NCBI GenBank assembly: GCA_045614685.1
Contig: JAZLDJ010000010.1
Location: 1-56,382, forward strand
Direction of reading: 5' to 3'
DNA: 56,382 nucleotides
From: Alistipes sp.
GTDB lineage: Bacteria; Bacteroidota; Bacteroidia; Bacteroidales; Rikenellaceae
Of this stretch, positions 16,794-27,235 are shown piece by piece. The notes under the pieces are model-generated. The model was not told the origin of the DNA, did no database searches, and worked only from the letters and a program-made list of their open reading frames with translations. How positions within the stretch are numbered: the first letter of the stretch is position 1; every line of letters begins with the position of its first letter. Both the position numbers and the translations under genes were made by a program.

Positions 16794-18857
16794 ATGAGAA
16801 AGAGTTTACTAATACTAATCGTTGTTCTTGTACCCTATTTCGTGATGGCACAAGATAACCAATATAAGGATTGGGCAACTAAGGGCATCCGAATCCCTGA
16901 GGTGCCGGTCTATGGTCGCAGACCGATGAAGGAGATAGGTACGCAGCAGACCAAGTTCGACTCGGTGGTGCTTAAAGAGAACATCTCGCTCTCGATGGCA
17001 GATGTCTTAACCTTCAACTCTTCGATATTCGTGAAGAATTACGGCCGTGCAACACTCTCGACCGTGGCTTTTCGTGGCACATCGCCATCGCATACGCAGG
17101 TGTCGTGGAACGGAATGAAGATAAATAACCCCATGCTCGGTATGACCGACTTCTCGATGATTCCGTCCTACTTCATCGATGATGCTTCGCTCTTGCACGG
17201 CACATCGTCGGTAAATGAGACAGGTGGAGGTTTGGGCGGCTCGGTTAAGCTCTCTACAAAGCCTGCTGATGCAAACGGCTTTGGATTGCAATATATTCAG
17301 GGCGTTGGCTCGTTCAAGACCTTCGACGAGTTCTTGCGTCTGACCTATGGCAACAACCATTGGCAAGTATCCACTCGCGCAGTATTCTCCTCTTCGCCTA
17401 ACGATTTTAAGTATCGCAACCACGACAAGAAGATAAATGTCTACGACGAGTATATGAATATCGTAGACCAATACTACCCTATCGAGCGTAACCGCAGTGG
17501 TGCCTACAAAGATTTTCATCTCCTGCAGGAGGTCTACTACAACACAGGCAAGGGCGATAGAATTGGACTCAATGCGTGGTACATAAACTCCAACCGCGAG
17601 TTGGCTATGCTCACCGTAGATCACGGCGATGAGACCGACTTCGAGAATCGTCAGCGCGAGCAAACATTCCGTGGTGTTGTGTCATGGGACCACATTCGCA
17701 AGAGTTGGAAACTCGGAGCAAAAGCGGGTTACATCTATACCTGCATGGCATACGACTACAAGCGCGACTTGGGTAATGGCATAATGGCTCATATGACCCG
17801 CTCTCGCTCTCGCATCAACACCTTCTATGGTCAGGTAGATGGTGAGTATTATATAGGCAAAAAGTGGCTCTTCACAGCAAATCTCTCACTGCATCAACAT
17901 ATCGTGGAGAGCGAGGATAAGAATATACTTCGCCAAGACGGAAATAAAGCCATTGTAGGCTACCGCAAAGGTCGCCCCGAACTCTCGGGTTCGGTCTCGG
18001 CAAAGTGGCGACCAATAGAACGTTTGGGTATGTCGGTGGTTATTCGCGAAGAGATGTTTGGTCGGGAGTGGACTCCGATAATACCTGCATTCTTTGTAGA
18101 TGGCGTGGTGTCGAAGGCGGGTAACGTCGTTGCCAAAGCCTCCGTATCGCGCAACTATCGTTTCCCGTCGCTCAACGACCTCTACTTCCTCCCTGGCGGT
18201 AATCCCGACCTCAAGAAGGAGAGTGGCTGGACCTACGATACTGGGCTTTCGTTTGCCGTTGGCAAGAAGGGAGTCTACTCGTTGAGTGGCTCGGCAAGCT
18301 GGTTCGAGTCGTTCATCAAGGATTGGATTATCTGGCTACCAACCACCAAGGGATTCTTCTCGCCCGACAATATTAAGGATGTTCACGCCTACGGAGTGGA
18401 GCTGAAGGCAGACTTGAATGTCATCTTTGCCAAGGAGTGGCAACTCGGCTTGAATGGCACATTCTCGTGGACTCCGTCGATAAATTGTGGCGAGCCTCGC
18501 ACCCCTGCTGACCAATCGGTGGGCAAGCAATTACCCTACGTTCCCGAATTATCGTCGAGCGTTACAGGTCGCCTATCGTGGCGCAGATGGTCGTTTATCT
18601 ATAAGTGGTGCTACTACTCGGAGCGATTCACTATGTCGTCGAATGATATATCGCTTACGGGCAAACTCCCGCCATACTTTATGTCGAACATCTCACTCGA
18701 AAAGGTGTTGGTATTCAAGTGGGCCGACCTCTCGCTTAAAGGCACAATCAACAACCTATTCAACGAGGAGTATCTCTCTGTCTTGTCTCGTCCAATGCCA
18801 GGTATCAACTTCGAGATTTTTGTGGGAATAACACCTAAATGGGGAGAGAAAAAATAG
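16794..18857 (+). CDS. btuB: TonB-dependent cobalamin transporter
   Basis: Plug motifs (FRGTSPSHTQVSWNG, GGLGGSV), RFPSLNDLY...GNPDLKKE, INNLFNEEY; riboswitch and btuG context. Confidence 0.9.
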   Translation: MRKSLLILIVVLVPYFVMAQDNQYKDWATKGIRIPEVPVYGRRPMKEIGTQQTKFDSVVLKENISLSMADVLTFNSSIFVKNYGRATLSTVAFRGTSPSHTQVSWNGMKINNPMLGMTDFSMIPSYFIDDASLLHGTSSVNETGGGLGGSVKLSTKPADANGFGLQYIQGVGSFKTFDEFLRLTYGNNHWQVSTRAVFSSSPNDFKYRNHDKKINVYDEYMNIVDQYYPIERNRSGAYKDFHLLQEVYYNTGKGDRIGLNAWYINSNRELAMLTVDHGDETDFENRQREQTFRGVVSWDHIRKSWKLGAKAGYIYTCMAYDYKRDLGNGIMAHMTRSRSRINTFYGQVDGEYYIGKKWLFTANLSLHQHIVESEDKNILRQDGNKAIVGYRKGRPELSGSVSAKWRPIERLGMSVVIREEMFGREWTPIIPAFFVDGVVSKAGNVVAKASVSRNYRFPSLNDLYFLPGGNPDLKKESGWTYDTGLSFAVGKKGVYSLSGSASWFESFIKDWIIWLPTTKGFFSPDNIKDVHAYGVELKADLNVIFAKEWQLGLNGTFSWTPSINCGEPRTPADQSVGKQLPYVPELSSSVTGRLSWRRWSFIYKWCYYSERFTMSSNDISLTGKLPPYFMSNISLEKVLVFKWADLSLKGTINNLFNEEYLSVLSRPMPGINFEIFVGITPKWGEKK

Positions 18858-18869
18858 TATCTTTGCACT

Positions 18870-19445
18870 ATGATTGAATATAGCGTAGAGGAATTTACCG
18901 CTTCGATAGCGGTCGACGAATATATCCGCAGATTTCGCGATGTGGCTACCATCGAGGGCTACTGCCGTAGTTGCGAAAACTATGGCAAGGGTTGGGGATG
19001 CCCACCCTTTGACTTCGATGTGGAGGAACGGCTTTGCCAATACAATAAGATAGAACTGATTTCAGTAAAAATTACACCGAAAGAGGTAAAACTACCTATC
19101 GGCATCGCCCAAGAACTGATTCTACCCGAGCGCAAACGATTGGACAAACGTCTGCTCGATTTGGAAAAACAATATAACGGTTTGGCGTGCTCCTATGTAG
19201 GCAAGTGCTACTATTGCGCAGAAGATGCTTGCGCTCGTCTATGTGGCAATCCTTGTCTCCACCCACAACTACTCAGACCATCGCTCGAAGCCTACGGCTT
19301 TGATGTTGCTCGCACAACCGAGGAACTATTCGGTTTACAACTGCACTGGGGCAAAGATGGTCTACTACCCGACTATCTGATAATTGTCTGCGCACTCTTT
19401 CACAATAGCGTCGAGAACATTCTTCAAAAACATCTGCACAAATAG
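18870..19445 (+). CDS. DUF2284 Cys-rich metal-binding protein
   Basis: CRSCENYGKGWGCPP, CYYC..C.R..C.HP...RPSLEAYGFDV; own -7 box at 18858-18865. Confidence 0.85.
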   Translation: MIEYSVEEFTASIAVDEYIRRFRDVATIEGYCRSCENYGKGWGCPPFDFDVEERLCQYNKIELISVKITPKEVKLPIGIAQELILPERKRLDKRLLDLEKQYNGLACSYVGKCYYCAEDACARLCGNPCLHPQLLRPSLEAYGFDVARTTEELFGLQLHWGKDGLLPDYLIIVCALFHNSVENILQKHLHK

Positions 19446-19471
19446 TCACTCCGAAATGGGTGACTTTTTTT
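19444..19471 (+). terminator. intrinsic terminator
   Basis: AGTCACTC-CGAAAT-GGGTGACT followed by a T-run. Confidence 0.8.
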
Positions 19472-19553
19472 ATATAGGTATTGTGCAATACACGAAATTA
19501 TTTTCACTTTTAATGCGCGAATATTTGTTTGTGTTAAAAAATATGCTTAACTT

Positions 19554-19570
19554 TGCGTAGAAATTACACA
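19554..19570. promoter_or_regulatory. NrtR-type operator 1, overlapping the -7 box TAACTTTG (19548-19555)
   Basis: TGCGTAGAAATTACACA, GT-N7-AC core. Confidence 0.65.
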
Positions 19571-19579
19571 GCTATCACT

Positions 19580-19864
19580 ATGCAAGAGCACTACACATAT
19601 AAATCTCCTCGCCCTACAGTGGCGAAGGGTTGTGTGATATTCGGCTGTAATGAGTCGAGTATCAAGGTGCTTCTTATTCAGCATTGTATCAAGGAGCGTA
19701 TCTGCTTCGAACATAATTTCTCTAATAAACTTCTTAAACTTGGCATTCTTGCCGAGGCCGAACCCCGACCGAAAGGTGCGCCAAGTAGATTTCCCAACAA
19801 GTATCGGTTCAATCCGAAGTGGTATATTGATTAGAAGAATAAAGGTTTTAGATTGGAGTTTTAG
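19580..19864 (+). pseudogene. nrtR: NrtR (Nudix-wHTH regulator) with internal deletion and premature stop
   Basis: YTYKSPRPTVAKGCVIFG...KVLLIQ joined almost directly to NFSNKLLKLGIL...KYRFN; TAG at 19832 then KNKGFRLEF*; Nudix box missing. Confidence 0.8.
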
Positions 19865-19957
19865 TAGGTAATGATGCCACCCTATCGGGTTAGCGTCATC
19901 GTGTCACTTAGACTTTATTCTGAAGATCCTTTAGGATTCTTTGACCGAACTTGCATT

Positions 19958-19974
19958 TGCGTAATATTTACGCA
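19958..19974. promoter_or_regulatory. NrtR-type operator 2
   Basis: TGCGTAA-TAT-TTACGCA perfect 7-bp arms, 35 nt before the vWA gene. Confidence 0.7.
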
Positions 19975-20008
19975 GTAATTATAGTATAAACCTTAAAAAA
20001 TTAGAACT

Positions 20009-20647
20009 ATGAAGACAAGAATTTTTAACCTCATCATCATCGACGAGAGTGGATCAATGCAAACCATTAAGCATGCTGCAATTAACAATGTAAACGAGAC
20101 AATCCAAACTATTCGTGCTGCTCAGAAGAAGCACGAAGACCAGGAGCACTTTGCTTCACTTGTAACCTTCAACGACGATGTGAAGTGCATCTATGAATGC
20201 GTACCCGTGGAAGAGGTCAAGGAGTTGACATCAGAGACATATATGCCTGCATGTTGTACTGCATTGTATGATGCAATGGGTATCTCTCTGAATGCGCTTC
20301 GCAAGAGAGTTGCCGAGGCCGACAAGGTACTTGTAACGGTTGTTACCGACGGTTACGAAAATGCATCAAAGGAGTATACAGGCAAAGCCATCAAGGCGCT
20401 TGTAGATGAGCTCAAAACCAAGGGATGGGTGTTCGCTTACATGGGTGCAAATCACGATGTAGAAGCGGCGGCAGCAACTATATCTATTACCAACGCGATA
20501 AGTTTCGAAGCATCTGACGCTGGTGTGGTAGAAATGAGTACGGGTGTTTGTTATAGCCGTAGTGCGTGGTATGACGACATCGCAAGTGGCAAAGAGGACT
20601 CAGAAGAGGCAAACAAGAGCTTCTTCAATAAGTGGTTTAATAAGTAG
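20009..20647 (+). CDS. vWA domain protein
   Basis: MIDAS motifs DESGSM, TALYDA, VTDGYENASKEY. Confidence 0.9.
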   Translation: MKTRIFNLIIIDESGSMQTIKHAAINNVNETIQTIRAAQKKHEDQEHFASLVTFNDDVKCIYECVPVEEVKELTSETYMPACCTALYDAMGISLNALRKRVAEADKVLVTVVTDGYENASKEYTGKAIKALVDELKTKGWVFAYMGANHDVEAAAATISITNAISFEASDAGVVEMSTGVCYSRSAWYDDIASGKEDSEEANKSFFNKWFNK

Positions 20648-20796
20648 CCTAATTGCCTGTCAGGCGCAAAAGCATTCAAAACAAGGACTATCATGATTAA
20701 ATCAGGAACTGCTTATTGCTAAATTTCAAAACTCCCTCGAAGTTTTGAAGAATTATTCTTAACTTTGAGGGGGTATAAAACAGAACTTAATATGAA

Positions 20797-21243
20797 ATGA
20801 TGAATTACACAAAAGATAGAGAATTCAACCTAGAGCGCTTTGTAGAGGCGCAAGAGCAAGAGTACACAAATGCCCTTGCTGAGATTCGCGATGGCCGAAA
20901 GCGTTCGCATTGGATTTGGTATATATTCCCACAAATCAAAGGCTTGGGACATAGTTACAATAGCGAGTACTATGGTATTGAGTCGCTCGATGAGGCGAGA
21001 GCCTACCTCGAGCACGAAGTGCTAGGTGCGCGCCTCCGCGAAATCACCACTACCCTATTGCAGCATCGAGGTCGCACAGCCGAGGATATACTTGGCGGAA
21101 TCGACGCCAAAAAGGTGCGTTCGTCGATGACACTCTTTGATGTTGTCTCTCCAAACGATATCTTTGCAGAGGTTATCAAGAACTTTTACGGTGGAAGTAA
21201 ATGTAGATTTACGCTTCAAAGATTAGGGGATAAACTAAAATAA
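20797..21243 (+). CDS. DUF1810 family protein
   Basis: LERFVEAQ...GRKRSHWIWYIFPQIKGLG...DAKKVRSSMTLF. Confidence 0.9.
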   Translation: MMNYTKDREFNLERFVEAQEQEYTNALAEIRDGRKRSHWIWYIFPQIKGLGHSYNSEYYGIESLDEARAYLEHEVLGARLREITTTLLQHRGRTAEDILGGIDAKKVRSSMTLFDVVSPNDIFAEVIKNFYGGSKCRFTLQRLGDKLK

Positions 21244-21261
21244 AAATCAAAATCAACAACT

Positions 21262-21972
21262 ATGACACACAAACTTTTTATCATTATCGCGGTGTTGGCA
21301 CTCGTGGGATGTGCTGGCAGCACACGCAAAAACAACAATAGCACCGAGCCTTCAGCAACTGAAAGTATTGCCGAATTAACACCCTTAACAGCTGAAGAAC
21401 TCGCAAAGGGTATCATAACAGACGAATCGGGAATGGTGACTGCCACTCCCGAGCTATTGGCTAAAATCAATATTGGACGATACACTCAATATGGACTTAC
21501 CGAGGTAGAGAGTCTAGATCCATTTGTTGTGGTCTCGAATGAAGAAATCACTCTCAAGGATCCCGAAACTGCCAATGGCGGATTGAATGGCATTCGCTTC
21601 GAAGGCTGGGAAGCAAAGGAGTGGTTGTGCAACAACTATATCCGCTCGGTACGCCTCTATCTCGACGCATACTATCTCGGACTTGTAAAGAACGAGGCAT
21701 TCGATAAACACAAAGATGCTATGCGTGGTAAATTTGCGGTTTGCCATATCGAGCCTTTTATAGGTGGAGGAGCTTGGTTGTATGTTGCATTTGTCGAAGA
21801 CCCAAGTTTCTCGCTCCGCTTTTGGGTGTATAGTTTCGTTCGCGAGGATAACCCGGCCACCGTTGAAGGATATGACGTACGTAGCGCAGAGATGTTCGAC
21901 GAGCCTATCGGCCTTAATTCTGAGGAGCTTAAGGCCGCAGTAAAGGAGGACCCAAATCACCATCTTTGGTAG
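21262..21972 (+). CDS. putative lipoprotein
   Basis: LALVGC lipobox, 236 aa. Confidence 0.8.
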   Translation: MTHKLFIIIAVLALVGCAGSTRKNNNSTEPSATESIAELTPLTAEELAKGIITDESGMVTATPELLAKINIGRYTQYGLTEVESLDPFVVVSNEEITLKDPETANGGLNGIRFEGWEAKEWLCNNYIRSVRLYLDAYYLGLVKNEAFDKHKDAMRGKFAVCHIEPFIGGGAWLYVAFVEDPSFSLRFWVYSFVREDNPATVEGYDVRSAEMFDEPIGLNSEELKAAVKEDPNHHLW

Positions 21973-22023
21973 TGTAATAAGCAGATGATAAATATAAGCA
22001 CGAAATAGAAGATAAGATACAAT

Positions 22024-22497
22024 ATGGAAGAGTCTAAAGATTTGGAATTGGAGAGGAGAAATAAACTCATAAACGAGCCGCAGGCAGAAATCAAAGAGCT
22101 TATCGAGATGCTAAAAAGCAAACTCAATATCGAGGAATCGCTTGAAGAGATTGTGACCGAATGGGGTCATCGCAGTAGTAGAGGACTTTTGTTTCGCTTG
22201 GTTGAGCCGTCGGAGGAGAGAATAAACTATATTATCCGATGCTGTAAGCGTCCTTTCGCTTATTATAGCAATAGATATAAGCTCCCTTGGGGAGATGTTT
22301 TGGCTAGCATTTGCATGTACTCAGACAAAGTTATCTTTAGTGAGGAGTCTTGCCCTTTCTGCGGAGAGAAGATGGTTGGCTTGTATTATAATAGTAGCTC
22401 TTGGTCTTGGAAGAATTTATGTGGCACTGCTGGAGCGATGGTTATATGCCCAAATTGCGCAAAACAATTAGCCTACGAAGGTCGTATAGAGAGTTAA
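22024..22497 (+). CDS. hypothetical protein with C-terminal Zn ribbon
   Basis: CPFC...WKNLCG.AG...ICPNC. Confidence 0.75.
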   Translation: MEESKDLELERRNKLINEPQAEIKELIEMLKSKLNIEESLEEIVTEWGHRSSRGLLFRLVEPSEERINYIIRCCKRPFAYYSNRYKLPWGDVLASICMYSDKVIFSEESCPFCGEKMVGLYYNSSSWSWKNLCGTAGAMVICPNCAKQLAYEGRIES

Positions 22498-22519
22498 TTT
22501 TTCTACTAATCATTGCATT

Positions 22520-23572
22520 ATGCAGTCAAACAAGAGAGTTCTATTGGGGATGAGTGGCGGCACGGATAGTTCTGTGGCGGCGATACTGCTGCAAGATGCC
22601 GGATACGAGGTTGTGGGTGTAACCTTCCGTTTCTACGAGAAGGATGATTGCACCGACTATCTCGACGATGCACGCGATTTGTGTAGTCGCTTGGGTATTC
22701 AGCACATAATATCCGATCAGCGAGAACTCTTTGAGTCGACCATTATCGACTACTTCATACGCGAATATATGGCAGGACATACGCCTGTACCTTGCACCCT
22801 GTGTAACAACCACTTAAAGTGGCCTCTACTACGCCAGATTGCCGACGAGATGGGCATTTATTACTTGGCAACGGGCCACTATGTTCAGAAGCAAAAGATT
22901 GACGGGTTTTGGCATATCACAAATGGAGCCGACGAGGATAAAAATCAGTCATTCTTCCTGTGGGGATTGCCTCAGGATATCTTGGAGCGAATGGTTTTAC
23001 CTATGGGCGGTTTGACCAAACAACGAGTTCGCGAGATAGCCGAGGAGCGCGGATTTGCAAAAGCAGCACGCAAGAAGGATAGCCTCGGAGTCTGCTTCTG
23101 CCCAATGGATTATCGTTCATTTCTGCGTGATAAGGTTTCGGCAGAGACCATCCAGCGAGGTAAATTCGTAGATACGGATGGCAATTTCGTGGCCTGGCAC
23201 GAGGGCTATCCATTCTACACTATTGGACAAAGGCGAGGATTGGGTATCGACCTTAATAAAGCGGTGTTCGTAAAGGAGATTGTGCCTTCGGAAAACAAGG
23301 TCGTGCTTGGTGACATAAAGTCGTTAGAGCGCACGGAGATGCGCCTAAAGAATTGGAACATAGCAAACCCATCGCAACTGTTTGGCAAGAACGACATCGT
23401 CGTAAAAATACGCTACCGAAAACAGGAGAATCGTTGTTCGGTCACACTCTTACCTGACTCTACCCTACTTGTTCAGCTTCACGAACCATTAACCGCCATT
23501 GCCCCCGGTCAAGCAGCCGCCTTCTATCGTGACGACATTGTTTTAGGCGGTGGAATTATTATGGAGGAATAG
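22520..23572 (+). CDS. mnmA: tRNA 2-thiouridine(34) synthase homolog
   Basis: PP-loop [41 protein letters not shown]. Confidence 0.9.
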   Translation: MQSNKRVLLGMSGGTDSSVAAILLQDAGYEVVGVTFRFYEKDDCTDYLDDARDLCSRLGIQHIISDQRELFESTIIDYFIREYMAGHTPVPCTLCNNHLKWPLLRQIADEMGIYYLATGHYVQKQKIDGFWHITNGADEDKNQSFFLWGLPQDILERMVLPMGGLTKQRVREIAEERGFAKAARKKDSLGVCFCPMDYRSFLRDKVSAETIQRGKFVDTDGNFVAWHEGYPFYTIGQRRGLGIDLNKAVFVKEIVPSENKVVLGDIKSLERTEMRLKNWNIANPSQLFGKNDIVVKIRYRKQENRCSVTLLPDSTLLVQLHEPLTAIAPGQAAAFYRDDIVLGGGIIMEE

Positions 23573-23594
23573 CACAATTTGTCTGTGAACGTAT

Positions 23595-25439
23595 TTATGC
23601 TTGGATATAATCAGGTTCATCCTCATAGTCGACCTCATCCATCACATCCATACGTGCAAGATTCGAAGTTCCCTCTGATGTAATACCACCCACCATATTT
23701 ACAAGAGAATTCTTCAGGAGTTCTCTTCTTTTTTCTACAAATTCTTTAAAATCCTTTATATCAAGGCTCACCTGTGGTGGTATAAGCTGCAATTGAGGGT
23801 TTATATTCTTTTCTTTTATCCAATCAGCCAATGACTGCTCTTGCTTGGAGCGATTCAGGGACTTATGTAGCAACTGAAGGTTTTGTATCGTATTCCAGTT
23901 GCGAGCATTTGTGTAGAATGCATAATCATCGTCACTCATCCAGCTCTCTTTTGTCTTCGATTCTGTCAATTTACGAAAGTAACCCTCAGGATGCATATGA
24001 TCCTTGTCGAAATCTTGGCTATAATCCAAGTGCGGATACAGTAGCGATAATATAGCAAAGCAGTCGTTATGCTCCTTCTCTGTATCCAACAAGATATTGA
24101 TATAGTCTTCTGTGAACGACAAGTTCTTGCTTGGACTCGACTTAAACGCCTCTTTTATTTCATCGAGAGGAAAATAACCGTGACCGATATTAGTTTTCAA
24201 GACTTTGCGAATATCACCCAACACGGTGTCGGTTTGGCCACCAAAGACGCGTTTTAGCAATGACATACACAGCCATTTTCTCATAACGCTCTTCTCTTCA
24301 GTGTGTCTTATTGGATTGTTGATATCTTTAATATCATTGTGGTAAATATAGTAAACCAGCGGAATAATAGCGTTCTTTGCCTTGAAGTTAGACTCATTAA
24401 AATGCCAACTATCAAGCAATGTGAATGCATCTGTAATTGCATTACTGATCTTGTCCCAGTTGTTTTCAAACTGGCATACTACATTCTTATCGAGGTTCGC
24501 CACCTTAAATTTGATATTCTCTCCGAGTAGAACCAAACAAGTCTTTAGGATTAAATCGGAGTCGATGACAAAGTATGATTTGCCAATTCGATAGACCTTT
24601 TTAATTAACTTCTCGAACTCATCTCTAGCATCTTTCACCACCCAATTGGCAGTGATAATCGACATTAAAAGATTCGAGAAACTCAAAGTTGTACCACCAC
24701 TATTGGTGCGGATAAATATATCGAGAACCCTATCTATTCTCTGCTCATCTTCCAAATAATAGTTTATCGATTTATCTTCAAAGATTCTTTTGTGCAAAGT
24801 GAGCAAAGTACTTCTAGTATACTCCTCTTTTGCCCAACCTTGTTCAATAACATAATCCCAGATATCTTCATTTTTGGCGAACTTTAGAATATCGCCAACC
24901 TTATACCATCTTGCATCTGGATCTTTCGACAATCTATCAAGCTCATCTTTTGTCAAGAACCTAAAGTCGTAGACCATTTTCCTCTCGTTGTCAATAGGAA
25001 GCGGCGAAGCGAGGTTTAAGTATAGATGTCTGGTAGGGAAATTCTTCTCTGAATATTCCCATCTCGCATTTGGCGTTTTGTAGGCATAACTTCCCCTGAG
25101 CCCAATATATAGACTTGTAAGTCGTTGCTGACCATCGATTATAGCACAGAAATCCTTAAATCCACCAACCGTATTTCTTGGTATATTGTCGGCCTGGTGG
25201 AATTGCACAAATTGTGTAAGGAATGAATAGAACTTAAAGTTGTCTTTTATGCTAGCATCCTTTATCTCCCAAAACATAAATGAATTGATGGGATACCCTC
25301 TCATTATACTGTCAAACAGAACTTCTATTTGGTAGCTCTTCCAAACAAACTTTCTCTGAATAGCAGGTATTAGGTAATCGTTATTGTCTATCTTATCAAT
25401 TGCAGTTTTGATAGTAATTGGTGCAATAAATCCAGCCAT
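23595..25439 (-). CDS. GmrSD-type (DUF262 plus HNH/DUF1524-like) restriction endonuclease
   Basis: IPAIQRKFVW, IIDGQQRLTSL, IFIRTNSGGTTLS, DKDHMHP, IQNLQLL...N; AT-rich; -7 box at 25468-25475. Confidence 0.85.
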   Translation of the reverse strand: MAGFIAPITIKTAIDKIDNNDYLIPAIQRKFVWKSYQIEVLFDSIMRGYPINSFMFWEIKDASIKDNFKFYSFLTQFVQFHQADNIPRNTVGGFKDFCAIIDGQQRLTSLYIGLRGSYAYKTPNARWEYSEKNFPTRHLYLNLASPLPIDNERKMVYDFRFLTKDELDRLSKDPDARWYKVGDILKFAKNEDIWDYVIEQGWAKEEYTRSTLLTLHKRIFEDKSINYYLEDEQRIDRVLDIFIRTNSGGTTLSFSNLLMSIITANWVVKDARDEFEKLIKKVYRIGKSYFVIDSDLILKTCLVLLGENIKFKVANLDKNVVCQFENNWDKISNAITDAFTLLDSWHFNESNFKAKNAIIPLVYYIYHNDIKDINNPIRHTEEKSVMRKWLCMSLLKRVFGGQTDTVLGDIRKVLKTNIGHGYFPLDEIKEAFKSSPSKNLSFTEDYINILLDTEKEHNDCFAILSLLYPHLDYSQDFDKDHMHPEGYFRKLTESKTKESWMSDDDYAFYTNARNWNTIQNLQLLHKSLNRSKQEQSLADWIKEKNINPQLQLIPPQVSLDIKDFKEFVEKRRELLKNSLVNMVGGITSEGTSNLARMDVMDEVDYEDEPDYIQA

Positions 25440-25601
25440 ACGTACAATATTTAAGGAATTATATTGTCAAAGTTACTAAAAATATCCACACTGCCATAAA
25501 TTTTGATCTCAAAAAAATATAGTTCGCACGTTTATTCTCATTTTTTTACTAGCTGAATAGAGCATTTTTAGTATCTTTGCGCGCAAATTAATAGTTAGGC
25601 T

Positions 25602-26585
25602 ATGTATCCAATTAAATTCAAACCACAACTCAAGGAGAATATATGGGGCGGACAGCGTCTGCTCGAGATTAAGAAAGGTCTATATCCTCGCACTACCGAC
25701 AAGACAAAGGCCTATGGCGAGAGCTGGGATATTTCGGGCGTTAAAGGGTCGATTTCTAAGGTTGCAAACGGCTTCCTCAAGGGCAATAATTTACAGGAGA
25801 TTATCGAAGTCTATATGGGTGAGCTTGTAGGCGAGGAGGTATTCGAGCAGTTTGGCTTGGACTTTCCGTTGCTTATCAAGAACCTCGATTGCAACGACAC
25901 TCTATCGGTGCAGGTGCATCCAAACGATGAGTTGGCTGCTGAGCGTCACGACTCGTTTGGTAAGACCGAGATGTGGTATATTGCCGATGCTGAGGAGGGT
26001 GCAGTAATATACCTTGGCTTTAAGAATAAGAACATTACTCGCGAGGAGTATATTCAGGCAGTAGCCGAGGGCACTGTAGAGGATATTCTCCAGGCCGTGC
26101 CTGTAAAGAAGGGCGATGTATACTTCATTCCTGCAGGTACCGTTCACGCCTTGGCAAAGGGTTTGAATGTTATCGAGATTCAGCAGACCTCGGATATTAC
26201 CTACCGTATTTTCGATTGGAATAGAGTTGATAGCGAGGGTAAGTCGCGCGAGTTGCACACAGCGTTGGCTGTAGATGCAATCGACTTCGAGTCGGGTGTC
26301 GAGGAGTGTCGTCGCACCTATACCGCCGCTTCAAATAAGGAGGCAAATATCGTTGAGTGCGAGTTCTTTACTACCGATATGCTTGTGGTAGATGGCGTGG
26401 CGGAGTTAGACTACTGCAAGCGCGATTCGTTCACTATCTACATGTGCATCGAGGGCAAAACCAAGGTAACACTCGACAATGGCTCGACCGAGACACTTCG
26501 TACAGGCGAAGTAATGCTCATCCCAGCTATCGCAAACGAAGTTACAATCGAGGGTAAGGCTCAGATTCTGGCAAGTCACTTGTAG
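25602..26585 (+). CDS. manA: mannose-6-phosphate isomerase, type I
   Basis: IWGG, GESW, FPLLIK, LSVQVHP, GKTEMWY, PAGTVHA, EIQQTSDITYRIFD. Confidence 0.92.
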   Translation: MYPIKFKPQLKENIWGGQRLLEIKKGLYPRTTDKTKAYGESWDISGVKGSISKVANGFLKGNNLQEIIEVYMGELVGEEVFEQFGLDFPLLIKNLDCNDTLSVQVHPNDELAAERHDSFGKTEMWYIADAEEGAVIYLGFKNKNITREEYIQAVAEGTVEDILQAVPVKKGDVYFIPAGTVHALAKGLNVIEIQQTSDITYRIFDWNRVDSEGKSRELHTALAVDAIDFESGVEECRRTYTAASNKEANIVECEFFTTDMLVVDGVAELDYCKRDSFTIYMCIEGKTKVTLDNGSTETLRTGEVMLIPAIANEVTIEGKAQILASHL

Positions 26586-26586
26586 T

Positions 26587-27204
26587 ATGAACGAGTGGTT
26601 TAATCTTGCACGCAGATCGCTTTGTGCGGGTCTGCTCATTGGTTGCGCTGGCTTTGCCTACTCGATGACAGGCGGAGTTGTCGGAGCGTTCTTGTTCTGC
26701 TTCGGCCTCTTTGGCGTATTGTACGGCAAATGGGCACTCTATACGGGCTATGCAGGCTCTTTCGCTTGGCGCGATAAGAAGGATTGGGGAAGATTGTTCT
26801 ACATCCTTGCGGGTAATCTATTTGGCGTCTTAGCATTGGCTGCAATACTTGCAGTATCGAGCGAAGCAACCGTAACAAAAGCAAACGAGGTGGTATCGAA
26901 GATTATTGCCGACCGCACATCGTCGGAGTGGTGGCAACTCGTAATTCGTGGCATTGGCACTGGTTTTATTATGGAGATTGCCGTGCGCTACGGTCGTGAG
27001 GCTAAGTATATGACTCTGTTGCTGGGCGTTCCAGTCTTTATCTTCTGTGGACTACCCCACTGCGTTGCCGACATTTTCTATTATGGCGTTGACTGGTTTA
27101 CACAAGGAGGCTCACCGACAAGCTATCTCGTTCCGTGGGTATTCGCTATAGTCGGTAATCTTATAGGTTGTAACATACCACGACTACTGACCGTCGAAGA
27201 GTAA
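26587..27204 (+). CDS. formate/nitrite transporter (FNT) family protein, short form
   Basis: AGLLIG, GAFLFCFGL, LYTG, GNLFG, VFIFCGLPHCVAD, GNLIG. Confidence 0.8.
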   Translation: MNEWFNLARRSLCAGLLIGCAGFAYSMTGGVVGAFLFCFGLFGVLYGKWALYTGYAGSFAWRDKKDWGRLFYILAGNLFGVLALAAILAVSSEATVTKANEVVSKIIADRTSSEWWQLVIRGIGTGFIMEIAVRYGREAKYMTLLLGVPVFIFCGLPHCVADIFYYGVDWFTQGGSPTSYLVPWVFAIVGNLIGCNIPRLLTVEE

Positions 27205-27233
27205 AAAATCGAGTTCGTATGAACTCGATTTTT
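27204..27233. terminator. bidirectional terminator
   Basis: AAAAATCGAGTTC-GTAT-GAACTCGATTTTT between convergent genes. Confidence 0.85.
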
Positions 27234-27235
27234 GT

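Noticed and set aside
26587-27204. Functional link between the FNT channel and PurT or the ammonia-using CPS
   Set aside because: Different operon and strand, with no shared regulatory motif visible; proximity alone is not evidence
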